A stretch of 64,000 nt of DNA from the human T2T-CHM13v2.0 reference genome, Homo sapiens. The notes below the pieces were generated by a model. It saw nothing but the letters and a program-made list of their open reading frames with translations. It did no database searches and was not told where the DNA came from. The stretch lies in NCBI RefSeq assembly GCF_009914755.1, contig NC_060933.1, one strand, 5' to 3'. Below are positions 13,601 through 28,549 of this stretch, piece after piece (position 1 is the stretch's first letter; each line of letters begins with the position of its first letter). The translations under genes were made by a program, and so were the position numbers.

Positions 13601-16600
13601 TTCCATTCCATTCCATTCCGTTCCATTCCGTTCCATTGCATTCCATTCCATTCTATTCGGGTTCATTCTATTCCATTCCATTCCATTCCATTCTATTCCA
13701 TTCCATTGCAATGGAGTTGAATCCATTGCATTTCATTCCATTCCATTCCATTCCATTCCGGAAGATTCCATTCCATTGCATTCCATTCCATTCCATTCCC
13801 CTGCACTCGCGTTGATTCCATTCCATTCCATTCCATTCCATTCCATTCCGTTCCGTTCCATTCCATTCCATTCCATTCCATTCCATTCCATTCCATTCCG
13901 TTCCTTTCCATTCCATTCCATTCCATTCTATTTGGGTTAATTCCATTCCATTCCATTCGATTGCAATCGAGTTGATTCCATTCCATTGCATTCCATTCCA
14001 TTCGATTCCATTCGATTGCACTCGGGTTGATTCCATTCCATTGCATTCCATTCCATTCCATTCCATTCCATTCCATTCCATTCCATTCCATTCCATTCCA
14101 TTCCGTTGCATTCCTTTCCGTTACATTCGGATTGATTCTATTCAATTCGCTTACACTTCATTACATTCCATTCCATTCGGGTAGTTTCCACTCCATTCCA
14201 TTCCATTTCTCTCCATTCCATTGCACTAGGGTTGATTCCATTCCATTGCATTCCACTCCATTCGGGTAGTTTCCACTCCATTCCATTCCATTCCTTTCCA
14301 TTCCATTGCACTCGGGTTGATTCCATTCCATTGCATTCCATTCCATTCCATTCAATTCCATTCCGTTCCATTCCATTCGATTACATTCGGATTGATTCTA
14401 TTCAACTCCCTTACTCTCCATTACATTCGATTCCATTCGGGTTGTTCCATTCCATTCCATTCCATTCCACTCCATTCCATTGCACTCGGGTTGATTCCAT
14501 TCCATTCCATTCCATTCCATTCCAGAAGATTCCATTCCATTGCATTCCATTACTTTCCATTCCCCTGCACTCGAGTTGATTCCATTCCATTCCATTCCAT
14601 TCCATTCCATTCCGTTCCATTCCTTTCCATTCCATTCCATTCCATTCCGTTCCGTTCCATTCCATTCCATTCCATTCTATTCGGGTTAATTCCATTCCAT
14701 TCCATTCTATTGCAATCGTGTTGATTCCATTCCATTCCATTCCATTCCATTCCTTTCCATTCCATTACGGATGATTCCATTCCATTGCATTCCATTCCAT
14801 TACATTCCCCTGTACTCGGGTTGATTCCATTCCATTGCATTCCAATCCATGCCCTTCCACTCGTGTTGATTCCATTGTTTCCATTCCATTCAAGTTGAAT
14901 CCATTCCATTGCATTCCATTCCATTCGATTCCATTCGATTGCACTCGGGTTGATTCCATTCCATTGCATTCCATTCCATTCAATTCCATTCCATTCCATT
15001 CCATTCCATTCCGTTCCATTCCATTCCATTACATTCGGATTGATTCTATTCAATTCCCTTACACTCCATTACATTCCATTCCATTCGGGTAGTTTCCATT
15101 CCATTCCATTCCATTCCTCTCCATTCCATTGCACTCGGGTTGATTCCATTCCATTGCATTCCATTCCATTCCATTCAATTCGATTCCGTTCCATTCCATT
15201 CCATTACATACGGATTGATTCTATTCAACTCCCTTACTCTCCATTACATTCCATTCCATTCGTGTTGTTCCATTCCATTCCATTCCATTCCACTCCATTC
15301 CATTGCACTCGGGTTTATTCCATTCCATTCCATTCCATTCCATTCCATTCCATTCCATTCCATTCCGGAAGATTCCATTCCATTGCATTCCATTCCATTC
15401 CATTCCCCTGCACTCGCGTTGATTCCATTCCATTCCATTCCATTCCATTCCATTCCATTCCATTCCTTTCCGTTCCATTCCCTTCCATTCCATTCCATTC
15501 CATTCCGTTCCGTTCCGTTCCGTTCCGTTCCATTCCATTGCATTCCATTCTATTCGGGTTAATTCCATTCCATTCCATTCGACTGCAATCGAGTTGATTC
15601 CATTCCATTCCATTCCATTCCATTCCATTCCATTCCGTTCCGTTCCGTTCCATTCCATACCATTCCATTCTATTCGGGTTAATTCCATTCCATTCCATTC
15701 CATTCCATTCCATTCCATTCCAATCGAGTTGATTCCATTCCATTCCATTCCATTCCATTCCACTCCATTCCAGTCCTTTCCATTCCTTTCCACTCGGGTT
15801 GATTCCAATGTATTCCTTTGCATTGCATTCCATTCCATTGTAATCGAGTTGATTCCATTGTTTTGCATTCCATTCCATTCCATTCCATTCCGGATGATTC
15901 CATTCCATTGTATTCCATTCCATTCCATTCCCCTGCACTCGGGTTGATTCCATTCCATTCCATTCCGTTCCGTTCCATTCCATTCCATTCCATTCTATTG
16001 GGGTTAATTCCATTCCATTCCATTCGATTGCAATCGTGTTGATTCCATTCCATTGCATTCCATTCCATTCCATTCCCCTGTACTCTGGTTGATTCCATTC
16101 CATTGCATTCCAATCAATGCCCTTCCACTCGTGTTGATTCCATTCTTTCCATTTCATTCAAGTTGATTCCATTCCATTTCATTCCATTCCATTCGATTCC
16201 ATTCGATTGCATTCGGGTTGATTCCATTCCATTGCATTCCATTCCATTCCATTCCATTACATTCGGATTGATTCTATTCAATTCCCTTACACTCCATTAC
16301 ATTCCATTCCATTCGGGTAGTTTCCATTCCATTCCATTCCATTCCTCTCCATTCCATTGCACTCGGGTTGATTCCGTTCCATTACATTCCATTCCATTCC
16401 ATTCAATTCCATTCCGTTCCATTCCATTGCATTACATTCGGATTGATTCTATTCAACTCCCTTACTCTCCATTACATTCCATTCCATTCGGGCTGTTCCA
16501 TTCCATTCCATTCCATTCCACTCCATTCCTTTGCACTCGGGTTTATTCCATTCCATTCCATTCCATTCCATTCCATTCCATTCCATTCCATTCAGGAAGA

Positions 16601-18850
16601 TTCCATTCCATTGCATTCCATTCCATTCCATTCCCCTGCACTCGCGTTGATTCCATTCCATTCCATTACATTCCATTCCATTCCATTCCATTCCTTTCCG
16701 TTCCATTCCATTCCATTCCATTCCATTCCATTCCATTCCATTCCGTTCCGTTCCGTTCCATTCCATTCCATTCCATTCTATTCGGGTTAATTCCATTCCA
16801 TTCCATTCGATTGCAATCGAGGTGATTCCATTCCATTCCATTCCATTCCATTCCATTCCATTCCATTACGGATGATTCCATTCCATTGCATTCCATTCCA
16901 TTCCATTCCTCTGTACTCGGGTTCATTCCATTCCATTCCATTCCAATCCATGCCATTCCACTCGTGTTGATTCCATTCTTTCCATTCCATTCAAGTTGAA
17001 TCCATTCCATTGCATTCCATTCCATTCCATTCCCCTGCAGTCGGGTTGATTCCATTCCATTCCATTCCATTCCATTCCATTCCGTTCCGTTCCGCTCCAT
17101 TCCATTCCATTCCATTCTATTCGGGTTAATTCCATTCCATTCCATTCCATTCCATTCCATTCCATTCCATTCCATTCCAATCGAGTTGATTCCATTCCAT
17201 TCCATTCCATTCCATTCCACTCCATTCCAGTCCTTTCCATTCCATTCCACTCGGGTTGATTCCAATGTATTCCTTTCCATTCCATTCCATTCCATTGCAA
17301 TCGAGTTGATTCCATTGCTTTGCATTCCATTCCATTCCGGATGATTCCATTCCATTGCATTCCATTCCATTCCATTCCCCTGCACTCGGGTTGATTCCAT
17401 TCCATTCCACTCCATTCCGTTCCATTCCATTCCATTCCATTGTATTCGGGTTAATTCCATTCCATTCCATTCCATTCCATTCCATTCCATTCCATTACAA
17501 TCCAGTTCATTCCATTCCATTCCATTCCATTCCATTCCAGTCCTTTCCATTCCATTCCTCTCGGGTTGATTCCATTCTATTAGTTTCCATTCCATTCCAT
17601 TCCCTTCCATTCCACTCTGGTTGATTCCATTCCTTTCCATTCCACTCGAATACATTCCCTCCTATTCCACTCGGAATGATTCCATTCCATTCCATTCCAT
17701 TCCATTCCATTCCATTCCATTCCATTCCATTCCATTTCGTTCCATTCCATTCTATTCCGTATCATTCCATTCCATTCCATTCCATTCCATTCCATTCCAC
17801 TCGTGTTGATTCCATTGCTTTCCATTCCATTCGGTTTGAAGGCATTCCATTCGATTCCATTCCATTCCATTCCATTCCATTCCATTCCGTTGCATTCCAT
17901 TCCATTACATTCGGATTGATTCTATTCAACTCAATTACATTCCATTACATTCCATTCCATTCGGGTTGTTCCATTCCATTCCATTCCATTCCACTCCATT
18001 CCATTGCACTCGGGTTGATTCCATTCCATTCCATTCCTTTCCATTCCGGAAGATTCCATTCCATTGCATTCCATTACATTCCATTCCCCTGCACTCGCGT
18101 TGATTCCATTCCATTCCATTCCATTCCATTCCATTCCATTCCGTTCCGTTCCATTCCATTCCATTCCAATCTATTCGGGTTAATTGCATTCCATTCCATT
18201 CTATTGCAATCGTGTTGATTCCATTCCATTCCATTCCATTCCATTCCTTTCCATTCCATTAAGGTTGATTCCATTCCATTGCATTCCATTCCATTCCATT
18301 CCGTTGCATTCCATTCCATTACATTCGGATTGATTCTATTCAACTCCCTTACTCTCCATTACATTCCATTCCATTCGGGTTGTTCCATTCCATTCCATTC
18401 CATTCCATTCCACTCCATTCCATTGCACTCGGGTTGATTCCATTCCATTCCATTCCATTCCATTCCATTCCATTCCATTCCGGATGATTCCATTCCATTG
18501 CATTCCGTTCCATTACATTCCCCTGCACTGGCGTTGATTCAATTCCATTCCATTCAATTCCATTCCATTACAATTCGTTCCATTCCATTCTATTCCGTAC
18601 CATTCCATTCCATTCCATACCATTCCATTCCATTCCATTCCATTCCATTCCAATCCATTCCATTCCGGAAGATCCCATTCCATTGCATTCCATTCCATTC
18701 CATTCTATTCGGGTTAATTCCATTCCATTCCATTCGATTGCAATCGAGTTGATTCCATTCCATTCCAATCCATTCCATTCCATTCCATTCCATTCCACTC
18801 GTGTTGATTCCATTGCTTTCCATTCCATTCGGTTTGAAGGCATTCCATTC
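10640..18850 (+). repeat. ~8.2-kb higher-order repeat unit, copy A
   Basis: Private variants recur at offsets of 8203-8223 bp: GGGCTGTTCC 11842/20065, ATTATAGTCTGG 13221/21444, CATACGGATTG ~15207/~23425, TTCAGGAAG 16591/24804, CATTAAGGTTG ~18257/~26460. Identical ORF translations: 16103/24316, 18498/26701, 18568/26771. Confidence 0.93.
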
Positions 18851-21800
18851 GATTCCATTCCATTCCATTTCATTCTATTCCATTCCATTCCATTCCATTC
18901 CATTCCATTCCGTTGCATTCCATTCCATTACATTCGGATTGATTCTATTCAACTCAATTACATTCCATTACATTCCATTCCATTCGGGTTGTTCCATTCC
19001 ATTCCATTCCATTCCACTCCATTCCATTGCACTCGGGTTGATTCCATTCCATTCCATTCCATTCCATTCCATTCCATTCCGGATGATTCCATTCCATTGC
19101 ATTCCTTTCCATTACATTCCCCTGCACTCGCGTTGATTCCATTCCATTCCATTCAATTCCATTAAATTACAATTCGTTACATTCCATTCTATTCCGTACC
19201 ATTCCATTCCATTCCATACCATTCCATTCCATTCCATTCCATTACATTCCGTTCCATTCCGTTCCATTGCATTCCATTCCATTCTATTCGGGTTCATTCT
19301 ATTCCATTCCATTCCATTCCATTCTATTCCATTCCATTGCAATCGAGTTGAATCCATTGCATTTCATTCCATTCCATTCCATTCCATTCCATTCCGGAAG
19401 ATTCCATTCCATTGCATTCCATTGCATTCCATTCCCCTGCACTCGCGTTGATCCCATTCCATTCCATTCCATTCCATTCCGTTCCGTTCCGTTCCATTCC
19501 ATTCCATTCCATTCCATTCCATTCCATTCCATTCCGTTCCTTTCCATTCCATTCCATTCCATTCTATTCGGGTTAATTCCATTCCATTCCATTCGATTGC
19601 AATCGAGTTGATTCCATTCCATTGCATTCCATTCCATTCGATTCCATTCGATTGCACTCGGGTTGATTCCATTCCATTGCATTCCATTCCATTCCATTCC
19701 ATTCCATTCCATTCCATTCCATTCCATTCCGTTCAATTCCTTTCCATTACATTCGGATTGATTCTATTCAATTCCCTTACACTCCATTACATTCCATTCC
19801 ATTCGGGTAGTTTCCACTCCATTCCATTCCATTTCTCTCCATTCCATTGCACTCGGGTTGATTCCATTCCATTGCATTCCACTCCATTCGGGTAGTTTCC
19901 ACTCCATTCCATTCCATTCCTCTCCATTCCATTTCACTCGGGTTGATTCCACTCCATTGCATTCCATTCCATTCCATTCAATTCCATTCCTTTCCATTCC
20001 ATTCCATTACATTCGGATTGATTCTATTCAACTCCCTTACTCTCCATTACATTCCATTCCATTCGGGCTGTTCCATTCCATTCCATTCCATTCCACTCCA
20101 TTCCATTGCACTCGGGTTTATTCCATTCCATTCCATTCCATTCCATTCCACTCCATTCCATTCCATTCCGGAAGATTCCATTCCATTGCATTCCATTCCA
20201 TTCCATTCCCCTGCACTCGCGTTGATTCCATTCCATTCCATTACATTCCATTCCATTCCAATCCATTCCTTTCCGTTCCATTCCATTCCATTCCATTCCA
20301 TTCCTTTCCATTCCGTTCCGTTCCGTTCCTTTCCATTCCATTCCATTCTATTCGGGTTAATTCCATTCCATTCCTTTCGATTGCAATCGAGTTGATTCCA
20401 TTCCATTCCATTCCATTCCATTCCATTCCATTCCATTACGGATGATTCCATTCCATTGCATTCCATTCCATTCCATTCCCCTGTACTCGGGTTCATTCCA
20501 TTCCATTCCATTCCAATCCATGCCATTCCACTCGTGTTGATTCCATTCTTTCCATTCCATTCAAGTTGAATCCATTCCATTGCATTCCATTCCATTCCAT
20601 TCCCCTGCAGTCGGGTTGATTCCATTCCATTCCATTCCATTCCATTCCATTCCATTCCATTCCGTTCCGTTCCATTCCATTCCATTCCATTCTATTCGGG
20701 TTAATTCCATTCCATTCCATTCCATTCCATTCCATTCCAATCGAGTTGATTCCATTCCATTCCATTCCATTCCATTCCACTCCATTCCAGTCCTTTCCAT
20801 TCCATTCCACTCGGGTTGATTCCAATGTATTCCTTTCCATTCCATTCCATTCCATTGCAATCGAGTTGATTCCATTGCTTTGCATTCCATTCCATTCCAT
20901 TCCATTCCGGATGATTCCATTCCATTGCATTCCATTCCATTCCATTCCCCTGCACTCGGGTTGATTCCATTCCATTCCACTCCATTCCGTTCCATTCCAT
21001 TCCATTCCATTGTATTCGGGTTAATTCCATTCCATTCCATTCCATTCCATTCCATTCCATTCCATTACAATCGAGTTGATTCCATTCCATTCCATTCCAT
21101 TGCAGTCCTTTCCATTCCATTCCACTCGGGTTGATTCCATTCTATTAGTTTCCATTCCATTACATTCCCTTCCATTCCACTCTGGTTGATTCCATTCCTT
21201 TCCATTCCACTCGAATACATTCCCTCCTATTCCACTCGGAATGATTCCATTCCATTCCATTCCATTCCATTCCATTCCATTTCGTTCCATTCCATTCTAT
21301 TCCGTATCATTCCATTCCATTCCATTCCATTCCATTCCATTCCATTCCATTCCACTCGTGTTGATTCCATTCCTTTCCATTCCATTCGGTTTGAAGGCAT
21401 TCCATTCCATTCCATTCCATTCCATTCCATTCCATTCCATTCCATTATAGTCTGGTTGATTGCATTCCGTTGCATTCCATTGCATTCCATTCCGTTGCAT
21501 TCCATTCCTTTACATTCGGATTGATTCTATTCAACTCAATTACATTCCATTACATTCCATTCCATTCGGGTTCTTCCATTCCATTCCATTCCATTCCACT
21601 CCATTCCATTGCACTCGGGTTGATTCCATTCCATTCCATTCCATTCCATTCCATTCCATTCCGGATGATTCCATTCCTTTGCATTCCGTTCCATTACATT
21701 CCCCTGCGCTAGGGTTGATTCCATTCCATTCCATTCAATTCCATTAAATTACAATTCGTTACATTCCATTCTATTCCGTACCATTCCATTCCATTCCATA

Positions 21801-24800
21801 CCATTCCATTCCATTCCATTCCATTCCATTCCGTTCCATTCCGTTCCATTGCATTCCATTCCATTCTATTCGGGTTCATTCTATTCCATTCCATTCCATT
21901 CCATTCTATTCCATTCCATTGCAATGGAGTTGAATCCATTGCATTTCATTCCATTCCATTCCATTCCATTCCATTCCATTCCGGAAGATTCCATTCCATT
22001 GCATTCCATTCCATTCCATTCCCCTGCACTCGCGTTGATTCCATTCCATTCCATTCCATTCCATTCCATTCCGTTCCGTTCCATTCCATTCCATTCCATT
22101 CCATTCCATTCCATTCCGTTCCTTTCCATTCCATTCCATTCCATTCTATTTGGGTTAATTCCATTCCATTCCATTCGATTGCAATCGAGTTGATTCCATT
22201 CCATTGCATTCCATTCCATTCGATTCCATTCGATTGCACTCGGGTTGATTCCATTCCATTGCATTCCATTCCATTCCATTCCATTCCATTCCATTCCATT
22301 CCATTCCGTTGCATTCCTTTCCGTTACATTCGGATTGATTCTATTCAATTCGCTTACACTCCATTACATTCCATTCCATTCGGGTAGTTTCCACTCCATT
22401 CCATTCCATTTCTCTCCATTCCATTGCACTAGGGTTGATTCCATTCCATTGCATTCCACTCCATTCGGGTAGTTTCCACTCCATTCCATTCCATTCCTCT
22501 CCATTCCATTGCACTCGGGTTGATTCCGTTCCATTGCATTCCATTCCATTCCATTCAATTCCATTCCGTTCCATTCCATTCCATTACATTCGGATTGATT
22601 CTATTCAACTCCCTTACTCTCCATTACATTCGATTCCATTCGGGTTGTTCCATTCCATTCCATTCCATTCCACTCCATTCCATTGCACTCGGGTTGATTC
22701 CATTCCATTCCATTCCATTCCATTCCAGAAGATTCCATTCCATTGCATTCCATTACTTTCCATTCCCCTGCACTCGAGTTGATTCCATTCCATTCCATTC
22801 CATTCCATTCCATTCCATTCCATTCCATTCCGTTCCGTTCCATTCCTTTCCATTCCATTCCATTCCATTCCGTTCCGTTCCATTCCATTCCATTCCATTC
22901 TATTCGGGTTAATTCCATTCCATTCCATTCTATTGCAATCGTGTTGATTCCATTCCATTCCATTCCATTCCATTCCTTTCCATTCCATTACGGATGATTC
23001 CATTCCATTGCATTCCATTCCATTACATTCCCCTGTACTCGGGTTGATTCCATTCCATTGCATTCCAATCCATGCCCTTCCACTCGTGTTGATTCCATTC
23101 TTTCCATTCCATTCAAGTTGAATCCATTCCATTGCATTCCATTCCATTCGATTCCATTCGATTGCACTCGGGTTGATTCCATTCCATTGCATTCCATTCC
23201 ATTCAATTCCATTCCATTCCATTCCATTCCGTTCCATTCCATTCCATTACATTCGGATTGATTCTATTCAATTCCCTTACACTCCATTACATTCCATTCC
23301 ATTCGGGTAGTTTCCATTCCATTCCATTCCATTCCTCTCCATTCCATTGCACTCGGGTTGATTCCATTCCATTGCATTCCATTCCATTCCATTCAATTCG
23401 ATTCCGTTCCATTCCATTCCATTACATACGGATTGATTCTATTCAACTCCCTTACTCTCCATTACATTCCATTCCATTCGTGTTGTTCCATTCCATTCCA
23501 TTCCATTCCACTCCATTCCATTGCACTCGGGTTTATTCCATTCCATTCCATTCCATTCCATTCCATTCCATTCCATTCCATTCCGGAAGATTCCATTCCA
23601 TTGCATTCCATTCCATTCCATTCCCCTGCACTCGCGTTGATTCCATTCCATTCCATTCCATTCCATTCCATTCCATTCCTTTCCGTTCCATTCCCTTCCA
23701 TTCCATTCCATTCCATTCCGTTCCGTTCCGTTCCGTTCCGTTCCATTCCATTGCATTCCATTCTATTCGGGTTAATTCCATTCCATTCCATTCGACTGCA
23801 ATCGAGTTGATTCCATTCCATTCCATTCCATTCCATTCCATTCCATTCCATTCCGTTCCGTTCCGTTCCATTCCATACCATTCCATTCTATTCGGGTTAA
23901 TTCCATTCCATTCCATTCCATTCCATTCCATTCCAATCGAGTTGATTCCATTCCATTCCATTCCATTCCATTCCACTCCATTCCAGTCCTTTCCATTCCT
24001 TTCCACTCGGGTTGATTCCAATGTATTCCTTTGCATTGCATTCCATTCCATTGTAATCGAGTTGATTCCATTGTTTTGCATTCCATTCCATTCCATTCCA
24101 TTCCGGATGATTCCATTCCATTGTATTCCATTCCATTCCATTCCCCTGCACTCGGGTTGATTCCATTCCATTCCATTCCGTTCCGTTCCATTCCATTCCA
24201 TTCCATTCTATTCGGGTTAATTCCATTCCATTCCATTCGATTGCAATCGTGTTGATTCCATTCCATTGCATTCCATTCCATTCCATTCCCCTGTACTCTG
24301 GTTGATTCCATTCCATTGCATTCCAATCAATGCCCTTCCACTCGTGTTGATTCCATTCTTTCCATTTCATTCAAGTTGATTCCATTCCATTTCATTCCAT
24401 TCCATTCGATTCCATTCGATTGCATTCGGGTTGATTCCATTCCATTGCATTCCATTCCATTCCATTCCATTACATTCGGATTGATTCTATTCAATTCCCT
24501 TACACTCCATTACATTCCATTCCATTCGGGTAGTTTCCATTCCATTCCATTCCATTCCTCTCCATTCCATTGCACTCGGGTTGATTCCGTTCCATTGCAT
24601 TCCATTCCATTCCATTCAATTCCATTCCGTTCCATTCCATTGCATTACATTCGGATTGATTCTATTCAACTCCCTTACTCTCCATTACATTCCATTCCAT
24701 TCGGGCTGTTCCATTCCATTCCATTCCATTCCACTCCATTCCTTTGCACTCGGGTTTATTCCATTCCATTCCATTCCATTCCATTCCATTCCATTCCATT

Positions 24801-27310
24801 CCATTCAGGAAGATTCCATTCCATTGCATTCCATTCCATTCCATTCCCCTGCACTCGCGTTGATTCCATTCCATTCCATTACATTCCATTCCATTCCATT
24901 CCATTCCTTTCCGTTCCATTCCATTCCATTCCATTCCATTCCATTCCATTCCGTTCCGTTCCGTTCCGTTCCATTCCATTCCATTCCATTCTATTCGGGT
25001 TAATTCCATTCCATTCCATTCGATTGCAATCGAGGTGATTCCATTCCATTCCATTCCATTCCATTCCCTTCCATTCCATTACGGATGATTCCATTCCATT
25101 GCATTCCATTCCATTCCATTCCTCTGTACTCGGGTTCATTCCATTCCATTCCATTCCAATCCATGCCATTCCACTCGTGTTGATTCCATTCTTTCCATTC
25201 CATTCAAGTTGAATCCATTCCATTGCATTCCATTCCATTCCATTCCCCTGCAGTCGGGTTGATTCCATTCCATTCCATTCCATTCCATTCCATTCCGTTC
25301 CGTTCCGCTCCATTCCATTCCATTCCATTCTATTCGGGTTAATTCCATTCCATTCCATTCCATTCCATTCCATTCCATTCCATTCCAATCGAGTTGATTC
25401 CATTCCATTCCATTCCATTCCATTCCACTCCATTCCAGTCCTTTCCATTCCATTCCACTCGGGTTGATTCCAATGTATTCCTTTCCATTCCATTCCATTC
25501 CATTGCAATCGAGTTGATTCCATTGCTTTGCATTCCATTCCATTCCGGATGATTCCATTCCATTGCATTCCATTCCATTCCATTCCCCTGCACTCGGGTT
25601 GATTCCATTCCATTCCACTCCATTCCGTTCCATTCCATTCCATTCCATTGTATTCGGGTTAATTCCATTCCATTCCATTCCATTCCATTCCATTCCATTC
25701 CATTACAATCCAGTTCATTCCATTCCATTCCATTCCATTCCATTCCAGTCCTTTCCATTCCATTCCTCTCGGGTTGATTCCATTCTATTAGTTTCCATTC
25801 CATTCCATTCCCTTCCATTCCACTCTGGTTGATTCCATTCCTTTCCATTCCACTCGAATACATTCCCTCCTATTCCACTCGGAATGATTCCATTCCATTC
25901 CATTCCATTCCATTCCATTCCATTCCATTCCATTCCATTCCATTTCGTTCCATTCCATTCTATTCCGTATCATTCCATTCCATTCCATTCCATTCCATTC
26001 CATTCCACTCGTGTTGATTCCATTGCTTTCCATTCCATTCGGTTTGAAGGCATTCCATTCGATTCCATTCCATTCCATTCCATTCCATTCCGTTGCATTC
26101 CATTCCATTACATTCGGATTGATTCTATTCAACTCAATTACATTCCATTACATTCCATTCCATTCGGGTTGTTCCATTCCATTCCATTCCATTCCACTCC
26201 ATTCCATTGCACTCGGGTTGATTCCATTCCATTCCATTCCTTTCCATTCCGGAAGATTCCATTCCATTGCATTCCATTACATTCCATTCCCCTGCACTCG
26301 CGTTGATTCCATTCCATTCCATTCCATTCCATTCAATTCCATTCCGTTCCGTTCCATTCCATTCCATTCCAATCTATTCGGGTTAATTGCATTCCATTCC
26401 ATTCTATTGCAATCGTGTTGATTCCATTCCATTCCATTCCATTCCATTCCTTTCCATTCCATTAAGGTTGATTCCATTCCATTGCATTCCATTCCATTCC
26501 ATTCCGTTGCATTCCATTCCATTACATTCGGATTGATTCTATTCAACTCCCTTACTCTCCATTACATTCCATTCCATTCGGGTTGTTCCATTCCATTCCA
26601 TTCCATTCCATTCCACTCCATTCCATTGCACTCGGGTTGATTCCATTCCATTCCATTCCATTCCATTCCATTCCATTCCATTCCGGATGATTCCATTCCA
26701 TTGCATTCCGTTCCATTACATTCCCCTGCACTGGCGTTGATTCAATTCCATTCCATTCAATTCCATTCCATTACAATTCGTTCCATTCCATTCTATTCCG
26801 TACCATTCCATTCCATTCCATACCATTCCATTCCATTCCATTCCATTCCATTCCAATCCATTCCATTCCGGAAGATCCCATTCCATTGCATTCCATTCCA
26901 TTCCATTCTATTCGGGTTAATTCCATTCCATTCCATTCGATTGCAATCGAGTTGATTCCATTCCATTCCAATCCATTCCATTCCATTCCATTCCATTCCA
27001 CTCGTGTTGATTCCATTGCTTTCCATTCCATTCGGTTTGAAGGCATTCCATTCGATTCCATTCCATTCCATTTCATTCTATTCCATTCCATTCCATTCCA
27101 TTCCATTCCATTCCGTTGCATTCCATTCCATTACATTCGGATTGATTCTATTCAACTCAATTACATTCCATTACATTCCATTCCATTCGGGTTGTTCCAT
27201 TCCATTCCATTCCATTCCACTCCATTCCATTGCACTCGGGTTGATTCCATTCCATTCCATTCCATTCCATTCCATTCCATTCCATTCCGGATGATTCCAT
27301 TCCATTGCAT
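18851..27310 (+). repeat. ~8.2-kb higher-order repeat unit, copy B (plus ~250 bp start of a further copy)
   Basis: Colinear near-identical match to 10640-19100. Homology is lost near 27310, where GCATTCCTTTCCATTAC is replaced by GCATTCCATTCC...CACTCGGATTG. Confidence 0.93.
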
Positions 27311-28549
27311 TCCATTCCATTCCATTCCCCTGCACTCGGATTGATTCCATTCCATTTCACTCCATTCCGTTCCATTCCATTCCATTCCATTGTATTTGGG
27401 TTAATTCCATTCCATTCCATTCCATTCCATTCCATTCCATTCCATTCCATTCCATTGTATTTGGGTTAATTCCATTCCATTCCATTCCATTCCATTCCAT
27501 TCCATTCCATTCCATTGCAATCGAGTTGATTCCATTCCATTCCATTCCATTCAATTCCATTCCATTCCAGTCCTTTCCATTCCATTCCACTCTGGTTGAT
27601 TCCATTCTATTAGTTTCCATTCCATTCCATTCCCTTCCATTCCACTCTGGTTGATTCCATTCCTTTCCAATCCACTCGAATACATTCCCTCCTATTCTAC
27701 TCGGAACGGTTCCATTCCATTCCATTCCATTCCATTCCATTCCATTCCATTCCATTCCATTCCATTTCTTTCCATTCCATTCTATTCCGTACCATTCCAT
27801 TCCATTCCATTCCATTCCATTCCACTCGTGTTGATTCCATTCCTTTCAATTCCATTCGGTTTGAAGGCATTCCATTCCATTCCATTCCATTCCATTCCAT
27901 TCCATTCCATTGTACTCGGGTTGATTCCTTTCCATTGCATTTAATTCCATTCCATTCCATTCCATTCCTTTCCATTCCATTCCATTACATTCGGATTGAT
28001 TCTATTCAACTCCCATACTCTCCATTACATTCCATTCCATTCGGGATGTTCCATTCCATTCCATTCCATTCCACTCCATTCCATTGCACTCGGGTTGATT
28101 CCATTCCATTCCATTCCATTCCATTCCATTCCATTCCATTCCGGATGATTCCATTCCATTACATTCCGTTCCATTATATTCCCCTGCACTCGCGTTGATT
28201 CCTTTCCATTCCATTCCATTCCATTCCATTCCATTCCATTACAATCGAGTTCACTCCATTCCATTCCATTCCATTCCATTCCAGTCCTTTCCATTCCATT
28301 CCACTCGGGTTGATTCCATTCTATTAGTTTCCATTCCATTCCATTCCCTTCCATTCCACTCTGGTTGATTCCATTCCTTTCCATTCCACTCGAATACATT
28401 CCCTCCTATTCCACTCGGAATGATTCCATTCCATTCAATTCCATTCCATCCCATTCCATTCCATTCCATTCCATTCCATTCCATTCCATTTCGTTCCATT
28501 CCATTCTATTCCGTATCATTCCATTCCATTCCATTCCATTCCATTCCAT

